Positions 35,722 to 45,971 of a DNA stretch of 64,000 bases are shown here, piece after piece (the first letter of the stretch is position 1; every line of letters starts with the position of its first letter). The notes below the pieces were generated by a model. It was not told the origin of the DNA. It was given only the letters and a program-made list of their open reading frames with translations, and made no database searches. A program made the translations under genes and the position numbers. This DNA comes from an uncultured Bacteroidota bacterium (lineage in GTDB: Bacteria > Bacteroidota > Ignavibacteria > UBA10030 > UBA6906), in the NCBI GenBank assembly GCA_963714855.1, contig CAVQPT010000009.1, positions 31,438 to 95,437 on the forward strand. The letters run 5' to 3'.

Positions 35722-35750
35722 TTGACATTGCCCCGCGGGTTTTATACATT
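35722..35750 (+). promoter_or_regulatory. sigma70-like promoter (TTGACA ... TACATT) upstream of the YbgF-like gene
   Basis: TTGACA 35722-35727, -10-like element near 35744-35750, AAGGAGGA RBS before ATG at 35792. Confidence 0.35.
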
Positions 35751-35791
35751 TACGCCACACAAAACACCTAATCCTTTAAGGAGGAAGTCCA

Positions 35792-36484
35792 ATGAGCAGC
35801 AGCGCACAAAGGTTTAGCGGTTTGGTCGGACTCGTACCCGCGTCGGTTCTGGCCCTGTCCCTGACCGTGTTCGGATGCGGCTCGTCTGAGGAATCGATGG
35901 AAGAGTGGGAGAGCACCCCCGCCGTTTCTCCGACGGCGATGCTCGAATATCGTGTCGACAGCCTCCAGAACGAGAACCGCCGCATGCAGGACCAGCTCGA
36001 GGTCGTTGCTGCAGAAAATCGGAAACTGACAGCGAGAAACGCCGAGCTCGAAACGAAGCTCGCAGATGCCATGGCGGCCCAACAGCCCGCGACCCCACCG
36101 CCGAGCCAGCCGGCATCAGTTGCCGGTGGCTATGATGGCGCATTGTCAAAGTTCCAGGCACGTGACTACAAGGGAGCTATCGCCGACTTTCAGGCGCTAC
36201 TTGACAGTGGGATCGAGGCAACACTGGCAGACAACTGCCGGTACTGGATCGGCGAATCGTATTTCGGCCTCCGCCAGTATCGGGATGCTCTTAAGAATTT
36301 CCAGTCGGTAGTCGATTTGCCCAGGTCGGGGAAGAAAGCGGATGCAACGTTTATGCTCGGCAACTGTCAGCTCGCCCTGAGGAATTCACCTGCGGCGCGT
36401 GAGGCGTATGAGAAAGTGATCTCGGACTTCCCCACCAGTCCGCTTGTGGAGAAAGCCCGCCAGAAGCTGGCAAAGATTCAGTAA
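35792..36484 (+). CDS. YbgF/CpoB-like TPR lipoprotein with coiled-coil N-terminus
   Basis: 230 aa; lipobox VFGC; coiled coil then TPR-like C-terminal domain. Confidence 0.6.
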   Translation: MSSSAQRFSGLVGLVPASVLALSLTVFGCGSSEESMEEWESTPAVSPTAMLEYRVDSLQNENRRMQDQLEVVAAENRKLTARNAELETKLADAMAAQQPATPPPSQPASVAGGYDGALSKFQARDYKGAIADFQALLDSGIEATLADNCRYWIGESYFGLRQYRDALKNFQSVVDLPRSGKKADATFMLGNCQLALRNSPAAREAYEKVISDFPTSPLVEKARQKLAKIQ

Positions 36485-36686
36485 TCCTGTTTCCGGCCTG
36501 GTTCATTCGATTTGCAACCAAGCCTGTTGGTCGGAAAGAATCGCCAGCCATTGAGTCGTGAGGTCTCCCCTGCGGGGGTGCATGAGCCTGATGATGTTTC
36601 TGCGGACCGGTTCAACGAACGGTTCCGGGAGCAAAGCAGCAGACTCATTCACCCCCGCGGCAGTTCTTGACGACAGGCACGCCGGT

Positions 36687-37766
36687 CTACGAAGCGCTCA
36701 AGAAGCTCGTCGCGGTGCGCACATCCTCAATGCTTCCAATGAACAACGCCGAACGCTCATGAAGGCTTGTCGGCTCGATGTCCAGTGTTCGAATGACACC
36801 GTTCGATGCAGCTCCCCCGGCCTCCTCCACGATATACGCAAGCGGATTGTTCTCGTACATCAGGCGTAATTTTCCCTGCGGATTCTTTGTGTCCCCCGGA
36901 TAGCAATAAATCCCTCCATACAACATCGTTCGATGGACATCGGCAACCAGCGACCCGATATAGCGTGAAGAGTACGGTCTGCCCGTCGATGCGTCTTCTT
37001 CCTTGAGGTACTGAACATACTTTTGCATGCACGGCGACCACCGTCCGAAATTTCCTTCATTGGTGCTGTAGATGGTGCCCTTGCTGGGGATACGGATGTT
37101 CTCATGCGAGAGGAGGAATTCCCCCACACTGGGATCGAGCGTGAAGCCATGGACGCCATGACCGGTGGTGTAGACGAACATCATGCTGGAGCCAAACAGG
37201 ATATACCCCGCCGCCACCTGACGGTTCCCGGGCTGGAGAACATCCTCCATTGTCCCCGGTCCGGACGTCGTGATACGTTTGTAGATCGAGAATATGGTCC
37301 CGATGGTGACGTTCGCATCGATGTTCCCGGACCCATCCAGCGGATCATACAGAAGGACATATTTGCCGTTTGGGTAGTTCTCCGGGATATGAAGCAGATC
37401 TTCGTTCTCTTCCGATGCCATGACACAGAGATGTCCGAGGTGGTCCATGGCTTTGTAGATGGTCTGATCCGCGAATTCATCCAGTTTCTTGACCACGTCG
37501 CCGCTGATGTTCATGCGGTCGGTCTTGCCAAGGATATTCACGAGCCCCGCTTTCGTCACTTCACGCCACACGAGCTTCGCGGCCAGGGAAAGTCCGTGCA
37601 ACAGCCCTGAGAATTCACCCGTGGCCCCGGGGTGCTTACGTTCCCCTTCGATAATGTGGCGTTCGAGGGTGAGAAGTCTGGCAGGTTGTGGAATTTCCGA
37701 GATCATGGTCTGCCTCTGGAGTGTGAGGTTTGTGAAGAATGTACCGAATCCGGGTTTGAGTTCCAA
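36687..37766 (-). CDS. fbp: class 1 fructose-1,6-bisphosphatase
   Basis: 359 aa with the FBPase class 1 metal-binding region (...LLYDPLDGSGNIDANVTIGTIFSIY...). Confidence 0.9.
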   Translation of the reverse strand: MELKPGFGTFFTNLTLQRQTMISEIPQPARLLTLERHIIEGERKHPGATGEFSGLLHGLSLAAKLVWREVTKAGLVNILGKTDRMNISGDVVKKLDEFADQTIYKAMDHLGHLCVMASEENEDLLHIPENYPNGKYVLLYDPLDGSGNIDANVTIGTIFSIYKRITTSGPGTMEDVLQPGNRQVAAGYILFGSSMMFVYTTGHGVHGFTLDPSVGEFLLSHENIRIPSKGTIYSTNEGNFGRWSPCMQKYVQYLKEEDASTGRPYSSRYIGSLVADVHRTMLYGGIYCYPGDTKNPQGKLRLMYENNPLAYIVEEAGGAASNGVIRTLDIEPTSLHERSALFIGSIEDVRTATSFLSAS

Positions 37767-37781
37767 CCCCGGCGGACACGG

Positions 37782-39578
37782 TTACGCAGGCCGGCGGAGT
37801 TCCTGGTCCTTGTACTGCAGTTGATACAGGCGGTAGTACAGCCCCCCCAGCGAAAGCAGCTCCTGGTGCTTGCCCATTTCGCGGATTTCGCCTTTGTGCA
37901 TCACCAGGATCGTGTCCGCCGATTGTATGGTGGAGAGCCGATGGGCAATAACGATGGAAGTCCGTCCCTGAAGCAGTTTCTTGATGGCTTGCTGAATCAG
38001 AATCTCGGTCTCCGTATCGACACTTGATGTCGCTTCGTCGAGAATGAGGATGCTTGGATGGAATGCAAGGGCCCGGGCAAATGAGATGAGTTGCTTCTGA
38101 CCGACCGACAGCGTCGAACCACGTTCTTTGACTTCCGCATGATAGCCACCCGGCAGCTGCTCGATGAATCTGTGTGCTCCGACAACACGCGCCGCCGCAC
38201 GCACCCGGTCATCGGAAATTGCCTCGCTTCCAAGACCGATATTGCCGGTGATGTCACCGGAAAACAGGAACACATCCTGCAGCACAACTGCCATGTGCCG
38301 GCGGAGGTCCTGCTGCTTTACCTGCCGGATGTCAATGCCGTCAACAAGAATCTGCCCCTTGACGACGTCATAGAACCGCGCCAGCAAACTAATGATGGTC
38401 GTTTTGCCCGCACCAGTATGCCCCACGATTGCAATCGTCTCCCCGGCCTTGATTGTGAAGGAAACGTCCTTCAACACCCATTCCGGCTCTTTTCCGCCCG
38501 GTGCCGGGTTGTAGGCAAACCAGACATTACGGAACTCGATTTCGCCGCGGGCCTTCGGCAGGGGCTGCGCATCAGCGGAATCGCGGATCATCGTGGTGTC
38601 GTCCAGCAGCCGGAATACCCGCTCCGAGCTGGCCATGGCGGTCTGCATGATATTGTATTTTTCCGAGAGGTCGCGGATCGGCCGCCAGAACATTTCGTTG
38701 AACTGGAGGAAAGCCATCACCGTACCGATGGTCAGGGCACCGTCGAGCGCTGCCACACCAGCGTACCAGACGATCAGGCCGACAGCAATCGCCCCGATGA
38801 GGTCCACGCCGGGATAGAACAGCGCATAATAGAAGATCGACTTGATGTTCGCATCCCGGTGCTGGGCGTTGATTCCGGAAAATTGTTCGAAGGCCCTGCG
38901 TTCGCGGTTGAATACCTGGTCGACCATCATGCCGGTGATGTGTTCCTGCATGAACGTGTTGATCCGCGCAATGTGCAGACGCACCTCCCGGTACGCTTCA
39001 CGGGCCTTCTTGCGGAAGAGAAATGTTCCGTAGAACAGCAGCGGGAGGACGCTCAGCGACATCAGCGCGAGCTGCCAGTTCATCGAGAACATGAAATAGA
39101 GGATGCCGATGATCGTAAAGATATCGCTGAACACCATGACGATTCCCGAGGAAAACATCTCGTTGAGGACCTCGATATCGTTGGTGACGCGCGTAATCAA
39201 CCGGCCGATGGGATTACGGTCGAAGAACCGGAGCCCGAGGCGCTGGAGATGTTCGAAGACCTCCATGCGCAGATCGAAGATCGTTCTCTGGCCGATCCAC
39301 TGGGTGAGATACGCGTTGAAATACTGGACGATGCCGCGGACAACCATCACTCCGAAAAAGAGCAGCGTGGTGGTCAACAACCCCTGCGGGTCTTTCTCCG
39401 CGATATTAACGTCCACCGCGACCTTGGTGAAATACGGGCGCACTGCCTCCATCGCTGACACCGCAATACTCAGAGTAATCCCCAGCACGACGTGCCACCG
39501 GTATGGCTTCAGATAGCGGAGGAGGCGACGCATCAACGTCCCGTCGTACGCTTTGCCGAGGATTTCGTCTTCCTGCAT
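37782..39578 (-). CDS. ABC transporter ATP-binding/permease protein (exporter, MsbA-like)
   Basis: 598 aa; 6-TM permease domain plus ABC ATPase (Walker A GHTGAGKTT, LSVGQKQ signature). Confidence 0.85.
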   Translation of the reverse strand: MQEDEILGKAYDGTLMRRLLRYLKPYRWHVVLGITLSIAVSAMEAVRPYFTKVAVDVNIAEKDPQGLLTTTLLFFGVMVVRGIVQYFNAYLTQWIGQRTIFDLRMEVFEHLQRLGLRFFDRNPIGRLITRVTNDIEVLNEMFSSGIVMVFSDIFTIIGILYFMFSMNWQLALMSLSVLPLLFYGTFLFRKKAREAYREVRLHIARINTFMQEHITGMMVDQVFNRERRAFEQFSGINAQHRDANIKSIFYYALFYPGVDLIGAIAVGLIVWYAGVAALDGALTIGTVMAFLQFNEMFWRPIRDLSEKYNIMQTAMASSERVFRLLDDTTMIRDSADAQPLPKARGEIEFRNVWFAYNPAPGGKEPEWVLKDVSFTIKAGETIAIVGHTGAGKTTIISLLARFYDVVKGQILVDGIDIRQVKQQDLRRHMAVVLQDVFLFSGDITGNIGLGSEAISDDRVRAAARVVGAHRFIEQLPGGYHAEVKERGSTLSVGQKQLISFARALAFHPSILILDEATSSVDTETEILIQQAIKKLLQGRTSIVIAHRLSTIQSADTILVMHKGEIREMGKHQELLSLGGLYYRLYQLQYKDQELRRPA

Positions 39579-41338
39579 CAGAGGTGCTCGATTTCTTCTT
39601 CCAGCAACTGCTTCTGGTGAAGCTCTGCGTAGATACCGCCGCGTTCCACCAGGACTTCGTGTGTCCCCCGTTCGACGATCCGACCTTCGTTCAGGACGAC
39701 AATCAGATCGGCATCTTTGACCGTGGAGATCCGGTGACTGATCAGGATGCTCGTGCGCCCCTTCATCACCTCGCGCATGCGTCTCAGGATCTCTTCTTCC
39801 GTGTAGGTGTCGACCGCGGACAGCGCGTCGTCCAGAATGAGAATTTTCGGTTTGCGCAAAACTGCCCGGGCAATACTGGTGCGCTGCTTCTGGCCACCGG
39901 AGAGCGTGATCCCGCGTTCCCCCAGCATGGTGCCGAACTGCTGGGGAAAATCAGCGACATCTTTGGCCAGCTGAGAAATCTCCGCCGCTTCACGGATATG
40001 GATCTCCGCGCCGGTATCAACACCGTAGCTGATATTGTCGGCAATGGTCTCGGAAAAGAGAAAGGTCTCCTGGGGAACGTACCCTATGTGGGTCCGGAGC
40101 ACCTGCAGCGGAATCCTGCGGATGTCGATGCCGTCGATGAGCAGCTCTCCACCTGTGACATCATAGAGTCGCGGGAGCAGGTTCACCAGAGTGCTCTTGC
40201 CGGATCCCGTGTACCCGACAATGGCCACGGTGCTGCCGGCCGGAATATCGAGCGATATGTCTTCCAGGGCGTTGTGCTCGGCGTTCTTGTGGCGGAACTG
40301 CACATGCCGGAACGTAATGTGCCCTTCGAGCGTGACGATCGATGGATCCGTGGCTTCGCTATCCCTGATCTCCGGTTCGGTATCCATGATCTTCGCCAGT
40401 CGCCCCATCGACGCCGCACCCTGCTGCAGGATGTTGATCACCCACCCGAATGCGATCATCGGCCAGATCAGCATCACGAGATATCCAAAGAAGGCCGTGA
40501 GAGTCCCGATGGTCATCCGTCCTTCGATCACGCGGGTACCGCCGAAATACAGCGTGATGATCAGGGAGAACCCTACCAGCAGGAACATCAACGGCCACAT
40601 GATCGATTGAATCCGGGCAAGCACGAGGTTTTTTTTCAGGTATTCCCAGCTCAGCGTCCGGAAGAGACCGATCTCGTACTGCTCCCGCACGTAAGCCTTG
40701 ACGACCCGGATGCCGGACAGATTTTCCTGCGCTCGCGTGGTGAGTTCGGAATATTTTGCCTGCCGCTCTTCAAACTTTCGGTGAACCAACTTCCCGAGCC
40801 GGTACACCGCAAACGACACGAACGGCAACGGGACGAGCGCAAGCAACGTCAGTTGCCAGTCCTGCGTCAGCATCACCCCGATAACCATCAGGAAGGTCAT
40901 CAGGGTATCGATCGGATACATGACGCCGGGGCCGAGGGAATTGCGCACCGCGCTGATATCATTCGTCGCGTGCGCCATGAGGTCGCCGGTGGGCGTGTTC
41001 TGGAAGAACGACAGAGGGAGTTTCTGGCAATGGCTGAGGAAATCGTTGCGAAGGTCAAACTCGATGTGTCTCGATACGACGATAATACTCTGCCGGGTCA
41101 TGAAAGAGAAGATGCCCGAGACAAGGGAAAAGGCAACCACTAGGCCCGCATACATCACAAGTCCGCCGGCATCCATACGCCCAGCTTCAAGACCCGCCTT
41201 CAGCGTATCAATAGCCCGGCCCACAAAGAGGGGCTGGGCCACCGTGAATACATTGCTCAGGACAACGGCGATGATGCCGGTCCACAGCAGTTTTCGGTAC
41301 CGGCGGAGATATGGAATGAGACGCAGGAGTGGTTTCAC
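39578..41338 (-). CDS. ABC transporter ATP-binding/permease protein (exporter, partner half-transporter)
   Basis: 586 aa; GYTGSGKST Walker A, LSGGQKQR signature. Confidence 0.85.
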   Translation of the reverse strand: MKPLLRLIPYLRRYRKLLWTGIIAVVLSNVFTVAQPLFVGRAIDTLKAGLEAGRMDAGGLVMYAGLVVAFSLVSGIFSFMTRQSIIVVSRHIEFDLRNDFLSHCQKLPLSFFQNTPTGDLMAHATNDISAVRNSLGPGVMYPIDTLMTFLMVIGVMLTQDWQLTLLALVPLPFVSFAVYRLGKLVHRKFEERQAKYSELTTRAQENLSGIRVVKAYVREQYEIGLFRTLSWEYLKKNLVLARIQSIMWPLMFLLVGFSLIITLYFGGTRVIEGRMTIGTLTAFFGYLVMLIWPMIAFGWVINILQQGAASMGRLAKIMDTEPEIRDSEATDPSIVTLEGHITFRHVQFRHKNAEHNALEDISLDIPAGSTVAIVGYTGSGKSTLVNLLPRLYDVTGGELLIDGIDIRRIPLQVLRTHIGYVPQETFLFSETIADNISYGVDTGAEIHIREAAEISQLAKDVADFPQQFGTMLGERGITLSGGQKQRTSIARAVLRKPKILILDDALSAVDTYTEEEILRRMREVMKGRTSILISHRISTVKDADLIVVLNEGRIVERGTHEVLVERGGIYAELHQKQLLEEEIEHL

Positions 41339-41342
41339 CGGG

Positions 41343-42611
41343 TCAGCCTATCACCTCAAATCCGGTGTATCGGTGCAACACCGACGGGAGCACCACCTTC
41401 CCCTCGGGGGTCTGACAATGTTCAAGGAGTGCGGCAACGACACGGGGCAGCGCGAGAGCGGATCCGTTGAGCGTATGGACAAATTCGGGCTTTCCCCCAC
41501 CTGCAGGCCTGTATCGGATATTCAACCTGCGGGCCTGATATGATTCATAATTGCTCACAGAGGACACTTCCAACCATTTTTGCTGCCCGACAGACCAGAC
41601 TTCGAGGTCGAATTTCTTGGTTTGCGTGAACCCCAGGTCACCGGCACACATTAGTAACACCCGATAGTGCAGTCCGAGTTTCCGAAGCAACTCCTCGGCG
41701 GTCGTTCGCATCTCCTCCAGCATCCGCCCCGAGGCGTCCGGCTGCACCAGGTTGACGATCTCAACCTTGTCGAATTGGTGCACACGATTCAAACCGCGCA
41801 CATCTTTCCCGTAGGAGCCCGCCTCCCTTCGAAAACAGGGCGAATACGCGCAGAATCGTACGGGAAGCTGTTCGCCAGCCAGGATCTCGTCCCGGAAGTA
41901 ATTGGTGACCGGCACTTCGGCGGTCGGAACCAGGTAGAAATTGTCGGCTGGCACAACGTACATCTGGCCTTCCTTGTCCGGCAGCTGGCCGGTTCCCGTT
42001 GCACTCTCGGCATTGACCATCAGCGGAGGGAGAAGCTCCGTGTACCCCGACGCGCCGGCATGATCGAGAAAGAACGAAATCAACGCGCGCTCCAGCCGGG
42101 CACCTTTGCCCACAAATACCGGGAACCCTGCTCCGGCGATCTTCGTGCCCCGATCGAAGTCGACAATGCCGAGCGAACGAACCAGATCCCAATGCGGCTT
42201 GGGCTGGAAATCGATCACCGGGGGTTCTCCCCAAACGGACACGGTGACATTATCGGCAGCTGATCGCCCATCGGGAACCGAAGGGTCAGGGAGGTTGGGA
42301 ATCAGCAGCATCAGCCCGCGCAACGCATCTTCGACTGGACGCAGTTCCTCCTCGAGCGCTTTGATCTCGTCGGCCACGCCACGCATCTCCGCGATAACGG
42401 CGGTAGCGTCTTCTTTTTTTGCCTTCATCGCCGCGACCTGCTGCGAAACGGTATTCTTCCGGCTCTTCAGGGCCTCCCCTTGTTGCAACAGGTGACGCCG
42501 CCGCGCATCAAGATCGAGCGCAGCATCGACGTTCGAAGGATCTTCGCCCTTTCGACGAATGCCCTCCCGAACCCTCTCGGGGTCTTCACGAAGGAGTTTG
42601 ATATCGAGCAT
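41343..42611 (-). CDS. serS: serine--tRNA ligase
   Basis: 422 aa; N-terminal coiled coil MLDIKLLREDPERV... and class II core motifs. Confidence 0.9.
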   Translation of the reverse strand: MLDIKLLREDPERVREGIRRKGEDPSNVDAALDLDARRRHLLQQGEALKSRKNTVSQQVAAMKAKKEDATAVIAEMRGVADEIKALEEELRPVEDALRGLMLLIPNLPDPSVPDGRSAADNVTVSVWGEPPVIDFQPKPHWDLVRSLGIVDFDRGTKIAGAGFPVFVGKGARLERALISFFLDHAGASGYTELLPPLMVNAESATGTGQLPDKEGQMYVVPADNFYLVPTAEVPVTNYFRDEILAGEQLPVRFCAYSPCFRREAGSYGKDVRGLNRVHQFDKVEIVNLVQPDASGRMLEEMRTTAEELLRKLGLHYRVLLMCAGDLGFTQTKKFDLEVWSVGQQKWLEVSSVSNYESYQARRLNIRYRPAGGGKPEFVHTLNGSALALPRVVAALLEHCQTPEGKVVLPSVLHRYTGFEVIG

Positions 42612-42644
42612 AGCCTGCTATCCTGTTCAACAATGGTTGGGGGA

Positions 42645-43559
42645 CTATCGGGAAGCGTGAGCGACCTGACTCTTGAGCACGGCAAGGCCCTGTTCAACAC
42701 CTGACGGTCTGAACCCCAGGTCGACCTCCGCTTTCAGCGTGATCAGGCCGGAGTTGAGCGGCCGCGCCGCCGGTTGCTTGAGCGTTGCGGTCTTGATGGG
42801 GCGGATCAGGCGCTCATCCAGCCCGAACATCCGGGCAAGCGTCACGGCGAAGTCATACCTGCTCAGAATGTCGCGTCCGGCCAGATGGTAGATCCCTGTT
42901 TTTCCCAGTTCCATCGCACGGATGAGCCCGAAAGCAAGGTCATCAACCAGAGTGGGGTTGCCGATTTGATCGTCTACCACCTTCACCGATTTCCGTTCCT
43001 CGAGACTTTTCATCAGCCACACCGCAAAATTCGCCTTCACACCGGTGGCGATGCCGTACAGGACCATGGTCCGGGCGATGAAGTGCGGAACTCCGGAACT
43101 CCGCAGCGCGTTCTCGCTGGCAAGTTTGGATTTGCCGTAATAACTGAGGGGCTCGGGACGGTCATCCTCGCTGTACGGTCCGCTTTTTCCGTCGAAGACG
43201 TAATCGGTGGAGATGTGGATGATGGTGTTTCCTTTTTTGCGCGCAGCGTCAATCAAGTGCTCAACACCGCCCACATTGATCTTCCATGCCGTTTCCCTCT
43301 CGGTCTCGCATGCGTCAACATTGGTCATGGCGGCGCAGTTGATGATGACCTCGGGGTTCACAGCGGACACGGCATCCCGCACCTGTTTGCGATTGGTGAT
43401 ATCCACCGACAGATACGGAGCCGATTGGAGTTCCCGCACAGGGCGTTCTTCAATCGATGCGAGGGTGATGTGGTAGCTTGAGCCACGCACCAGCTGCTCG
43501 GCTACCTTCTGCCCCAGAAGGCCATTACTCCCTACCACCAGAATTCGTTCTATGTCCAT
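42645..43559 (-). CDS. rfbD: dTDP-4-dehydrorhamnose reductase
   Basis: 304 aa; MDIERILVVGSNGLLG Rossmann start and RmlD-type architecture. Confidence 0.8.
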   Translation of the reverse strand: MDIERILVVGSNGLLGQKVAEQLVRGSSYHITLASIEERPVRELQSAPYLSVDITNRKQVRDAVSAVNPEVIINCAAMTNVDACETERETAWKINVGGVEHLIDAARKKGNTIIHISTDYVFDGKSGPYSEDDRPEPLSYYGKSKLASENALRSSGVPHFIARTMVLYGIATGVKANFAVWLMKSLEERKSVKVVDDQIGNPTLVDDLAFGLIRAMELGKTGIYHLAGRDILSRYDFAVTLARMFGLDERLIRPIKTATLKQPAARPLNSGLITLKAEVDLGFRPSGVEQGLAVLKSQVAHASR

Positions 43560-43709
43560 ACGCCTGTCGTCATTCGTGCGCGTCGCCGGACCGCTCAGGT
43601 CAGAGGTACAGCGCGCATGGTGATCCCCCGTTTTTTGGCAACGGTCTCCACCGCCCTCCCCATCCTGCCGTAGCGATGAGAGCGATATTCATGGCGACCT
43701 CCTTGAGTG

Positions 43710-44615
43710 CTATCCCCCGTTGCGGGGAGGCGCTGCGGATCCTCCTGTCGTCCCTGCGGCCGCCTGCGCTTTCGTGGCCGCCGCAAGCAGGTCGCGGTTC
43801 TTGAGATAGTGCAGGAAAAAGATCGCACCGAAGACGTCTCCGTGGCCGACCGGGGGGCCATGCGCGGGAGTCTCCGGCCCGGGAAGATCGGTACGGGACA
43901 CTTTTTTGTGCTCGTTTTCAAAAATCGATACCCCGCGCACACCGCGGGTGACCACAACTCCCTTCACGCCCAGCGTCAGCAGGTGGCCGACGGTCTGTTC
44001 CTCTGTCAACGATTCGAGTGTGAGTCCCGCGACTTCTTCCTGATTCATCTGGACGGTGCCGATCATGAACGCCCAGCGACGCCACTCCGCAATGGGGCGC
44101 CGGAACCGTTCGTTCCGTTCATTGACACCGAGGGTCAGGTTGTGTATATCGAGGTGAATGGGAATATCTTCCCCCCGCACGGACATCCGGATCTCATCGA
44201 GGGTGTTCAGTGTGAGATCCACCCCCGAGGTCATATTGATGAGGATTCCATTGACATCGAGGTGCGGTTTGATCCTGTGGAACGGAATGGGTGGGGCGAG
44301 GTCTTTCGTACATTCAACATATTCTTCTTCGCTGCGGAAGTAATAATGTACCCGGTGCAACGGGGTGTCCTGTGCAAACAGCCCATCAGTCTCAACGCCG
44401 GGCATGGCAGCCAGCCGTTCCCTGATTGCAGGTCCATCCTTCCGGTTCACTCCTGCCACGGGAATGATCCGGTCGGCTTTTCCCGATGCATCGGATAGTG
44501 CCTGCAATGCGCGAAACAGGCCTCCGGCGGTTTCCTGTTCCGAACCATCAGGTGAGTGGAACACATCAACGGAAAGATGACCAAGCACGAGCAGCTTCAT
44601 GGCGGCGGCATACAC
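43710..44615 (-). CDS. PfkB/ribokinase-family carbohydrate kinase-like protein
   Basis: 301 aa; weak ribokinase-like features; possible alternative start at MKLLVLG. Confidence 0.5.
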   Translation of the reverse strand: MYAAAMKLLVLGHLSVDVFHSPDGSEQETAGGLFRALQALSDASGKADRIIPVAGVNRKDGPAIRERLAAMPGVETDGLFAQDTPLHRVHYYFRSEEEYVECTKDLAPPIPFHRIKPHLDVNGILINMTSGVDLTLNTLDEIRMSVRGEDIPIHLDIHNLTLGVNERNERFRRPIAEWRRWAFMIGTVQMNQEEVAGLTLESLTEEQTVGHLLTLGVKGVVVTRGVRGVSIFENEHKKVSRTDLPGPETPAHGPPVGHGDVFGAIFFLHYLKNRDLLAAATKAQAAAGTTGGSAAPPRNGG

Positions 44616-44631
44616 ATGGGGGATGAATGAA

Positions 44632-45090
44632 TCAGAACTTGGCGCCGTTCTTGCGGAATTCGCGGAGCTTTACGGTCAGCGACGGCTCTGCGAGCGCAAG
44701 GATCTCCGCCGCGAGGACGGCAGCGTTCTTGGCTCCGGCGGATCCGATGGCGACGGTGGCGACAGGGATCCCCGCCGGCATCTGGACGATCGAGTACAGC
44801 GCGTCGATGCCCCGCAATTCTGAACCGGCCAGCGGAACCCCGATAACTGGCAGGGTCGTATACGCGGCAGCCACCCCCGGAAGATGTGCGGCCATCCCGG
44901 CGGCTGCGATAATCACGCCGTAACCGGCGCTCTCCGCACCTTTGACGAATGCTGCGGTCTCTTCAGGTTGCCGGTGGGCGGACGAGATCTTCAGATCGTA
45001 CGGAATGCCAAATCGCGTCAGGTAGTCCGTACACCCTTTCATCACTTCCTCATCAGACGCACTACCGAGGAGAATTGCCACTTTTTTCAT
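44632..45090 (-). CDS. purE: 5-(carboxyamino)imidazole ribonucleotide mutase
   Basis: [17 protein letters not shown]...[31 protein letters not shown]... is canonical PurE; track ORF extends to 45129. Confidence 0.85.
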   Translation of the reverse strand: MKKVAILLGSASDEEVMKGCTDYLTRFGIPYDLKISSAHRQPEETAAFVKGAESAGYGVIIAAAGMAAHLPGVAAAYTTLPVIGVPLAGSELRGIDALYSIVQMPAGIPVATVAIGSAGAKNAAVLAAEILALAEPSLTVKLREFRKNGAKF

Positions 45091-45091
45091 G

Positions 45092-45844
45092 TCAGACTCG
45101 TGCCGTGTAGGGATAGTCGCCGGCTTCACACACCCGCCAGAGCTCCTGGCAGGAAAATTTGTTCTGGTACAGTGCTCTGCCGATTACCACCGAATCAACG
45201 CCCAGCGGTTCAAGCTCCTGGATTTTCAGAAGATCGTCAAGCCCACCCACTCCTCCGGAGGCGGTAATGCGCAGGCCGGTCTTCCGGGCCAATTCACTGA
45301 TGACGGGAATGTTTACCCCGCGCAGGGTGCCATCCAGACGAATGTCGGTGTAGACCATTCGCCTGAAACCAAGCGCTTTCGCGTTGAGGGCAACGGTCAT
45401 CGCTGTCAGATACGATGATTCCACCCATCCTTTCGTCGCAACAATGCCGTCCATCGCGTCGATGCCGAGCACGACTTTGCTGGGACCGTAGGCTTCGATC
45501 AGGCGACGCGCCTCCTCGGGATTTTCGATTACCATGGTTCCCACACGAACACGGTAGACGCCCAGCGAAAACGCCTTCTTAACTTCGTCCATTGAGCGGA
45601 GCCCGCCCCCAAGCGCGATCGGAATGTCCACCGTCTCAACCATCCGCTTGATCGCCTCAGCGTTAACCAGATGACCGTCCAGGGCCCCGTCGATGTCAGT
45701 GACATGCAGTGCCTTGGCGTTCTCAAGTCGGCAGAGTCGCGCCATGTCCACAGGATCGTCGGAGTAGGTGAATCCTTCGACGCCTTGCACCATCTGGACG
45801 GATCGACCGCCTTTGATATCAATTGCAGGGATAACCAGTAACAT
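45092..45844 (-). CDS. hisA: HisA-type (beta/alpha)8-barrel isomerase (ProFAR isomerase)
   Basis: 250 aa; MLLVIPAIDIKGGRSVQMVQG... and C-terminal GG...GGVGGLDDL phosphate-binding motifs. Confidence 0.75.
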   Translation of the reverse strand: MLLVIPAIDIKGGRSVQMVQGVEGFTYSDDPVDMARLCRLENAKALHVTDIDGALDGHLVNAEAIKRMVETVDIPIALGGGLRSMDEVKKAFSLGVYRVRVGTMVIENPEEARRLIEAYGPSKVVLGIDAMDGIVATKGWVESSYLTAMTVALNAKALGFRRMVYTDIRLDGTLRGVNIPVISELARKTGLRITASGGVGGLDDLLKIQELEPLGVDSVVIGRALYQNKFSCQELWRVCEAGDYPYTARV

Positions 45845-45971
45845 AATGGGTGTAAAGTGCAGAAAAATCGATTGACATTCAAGCGGACGGATGCGGACCA
45901 GGCGATGCTGGCAGGGTGGAGTCAGTGTTTCGTACGGCGCCTGGAGGAAGAGAACTGTGCGACGGCGGGAG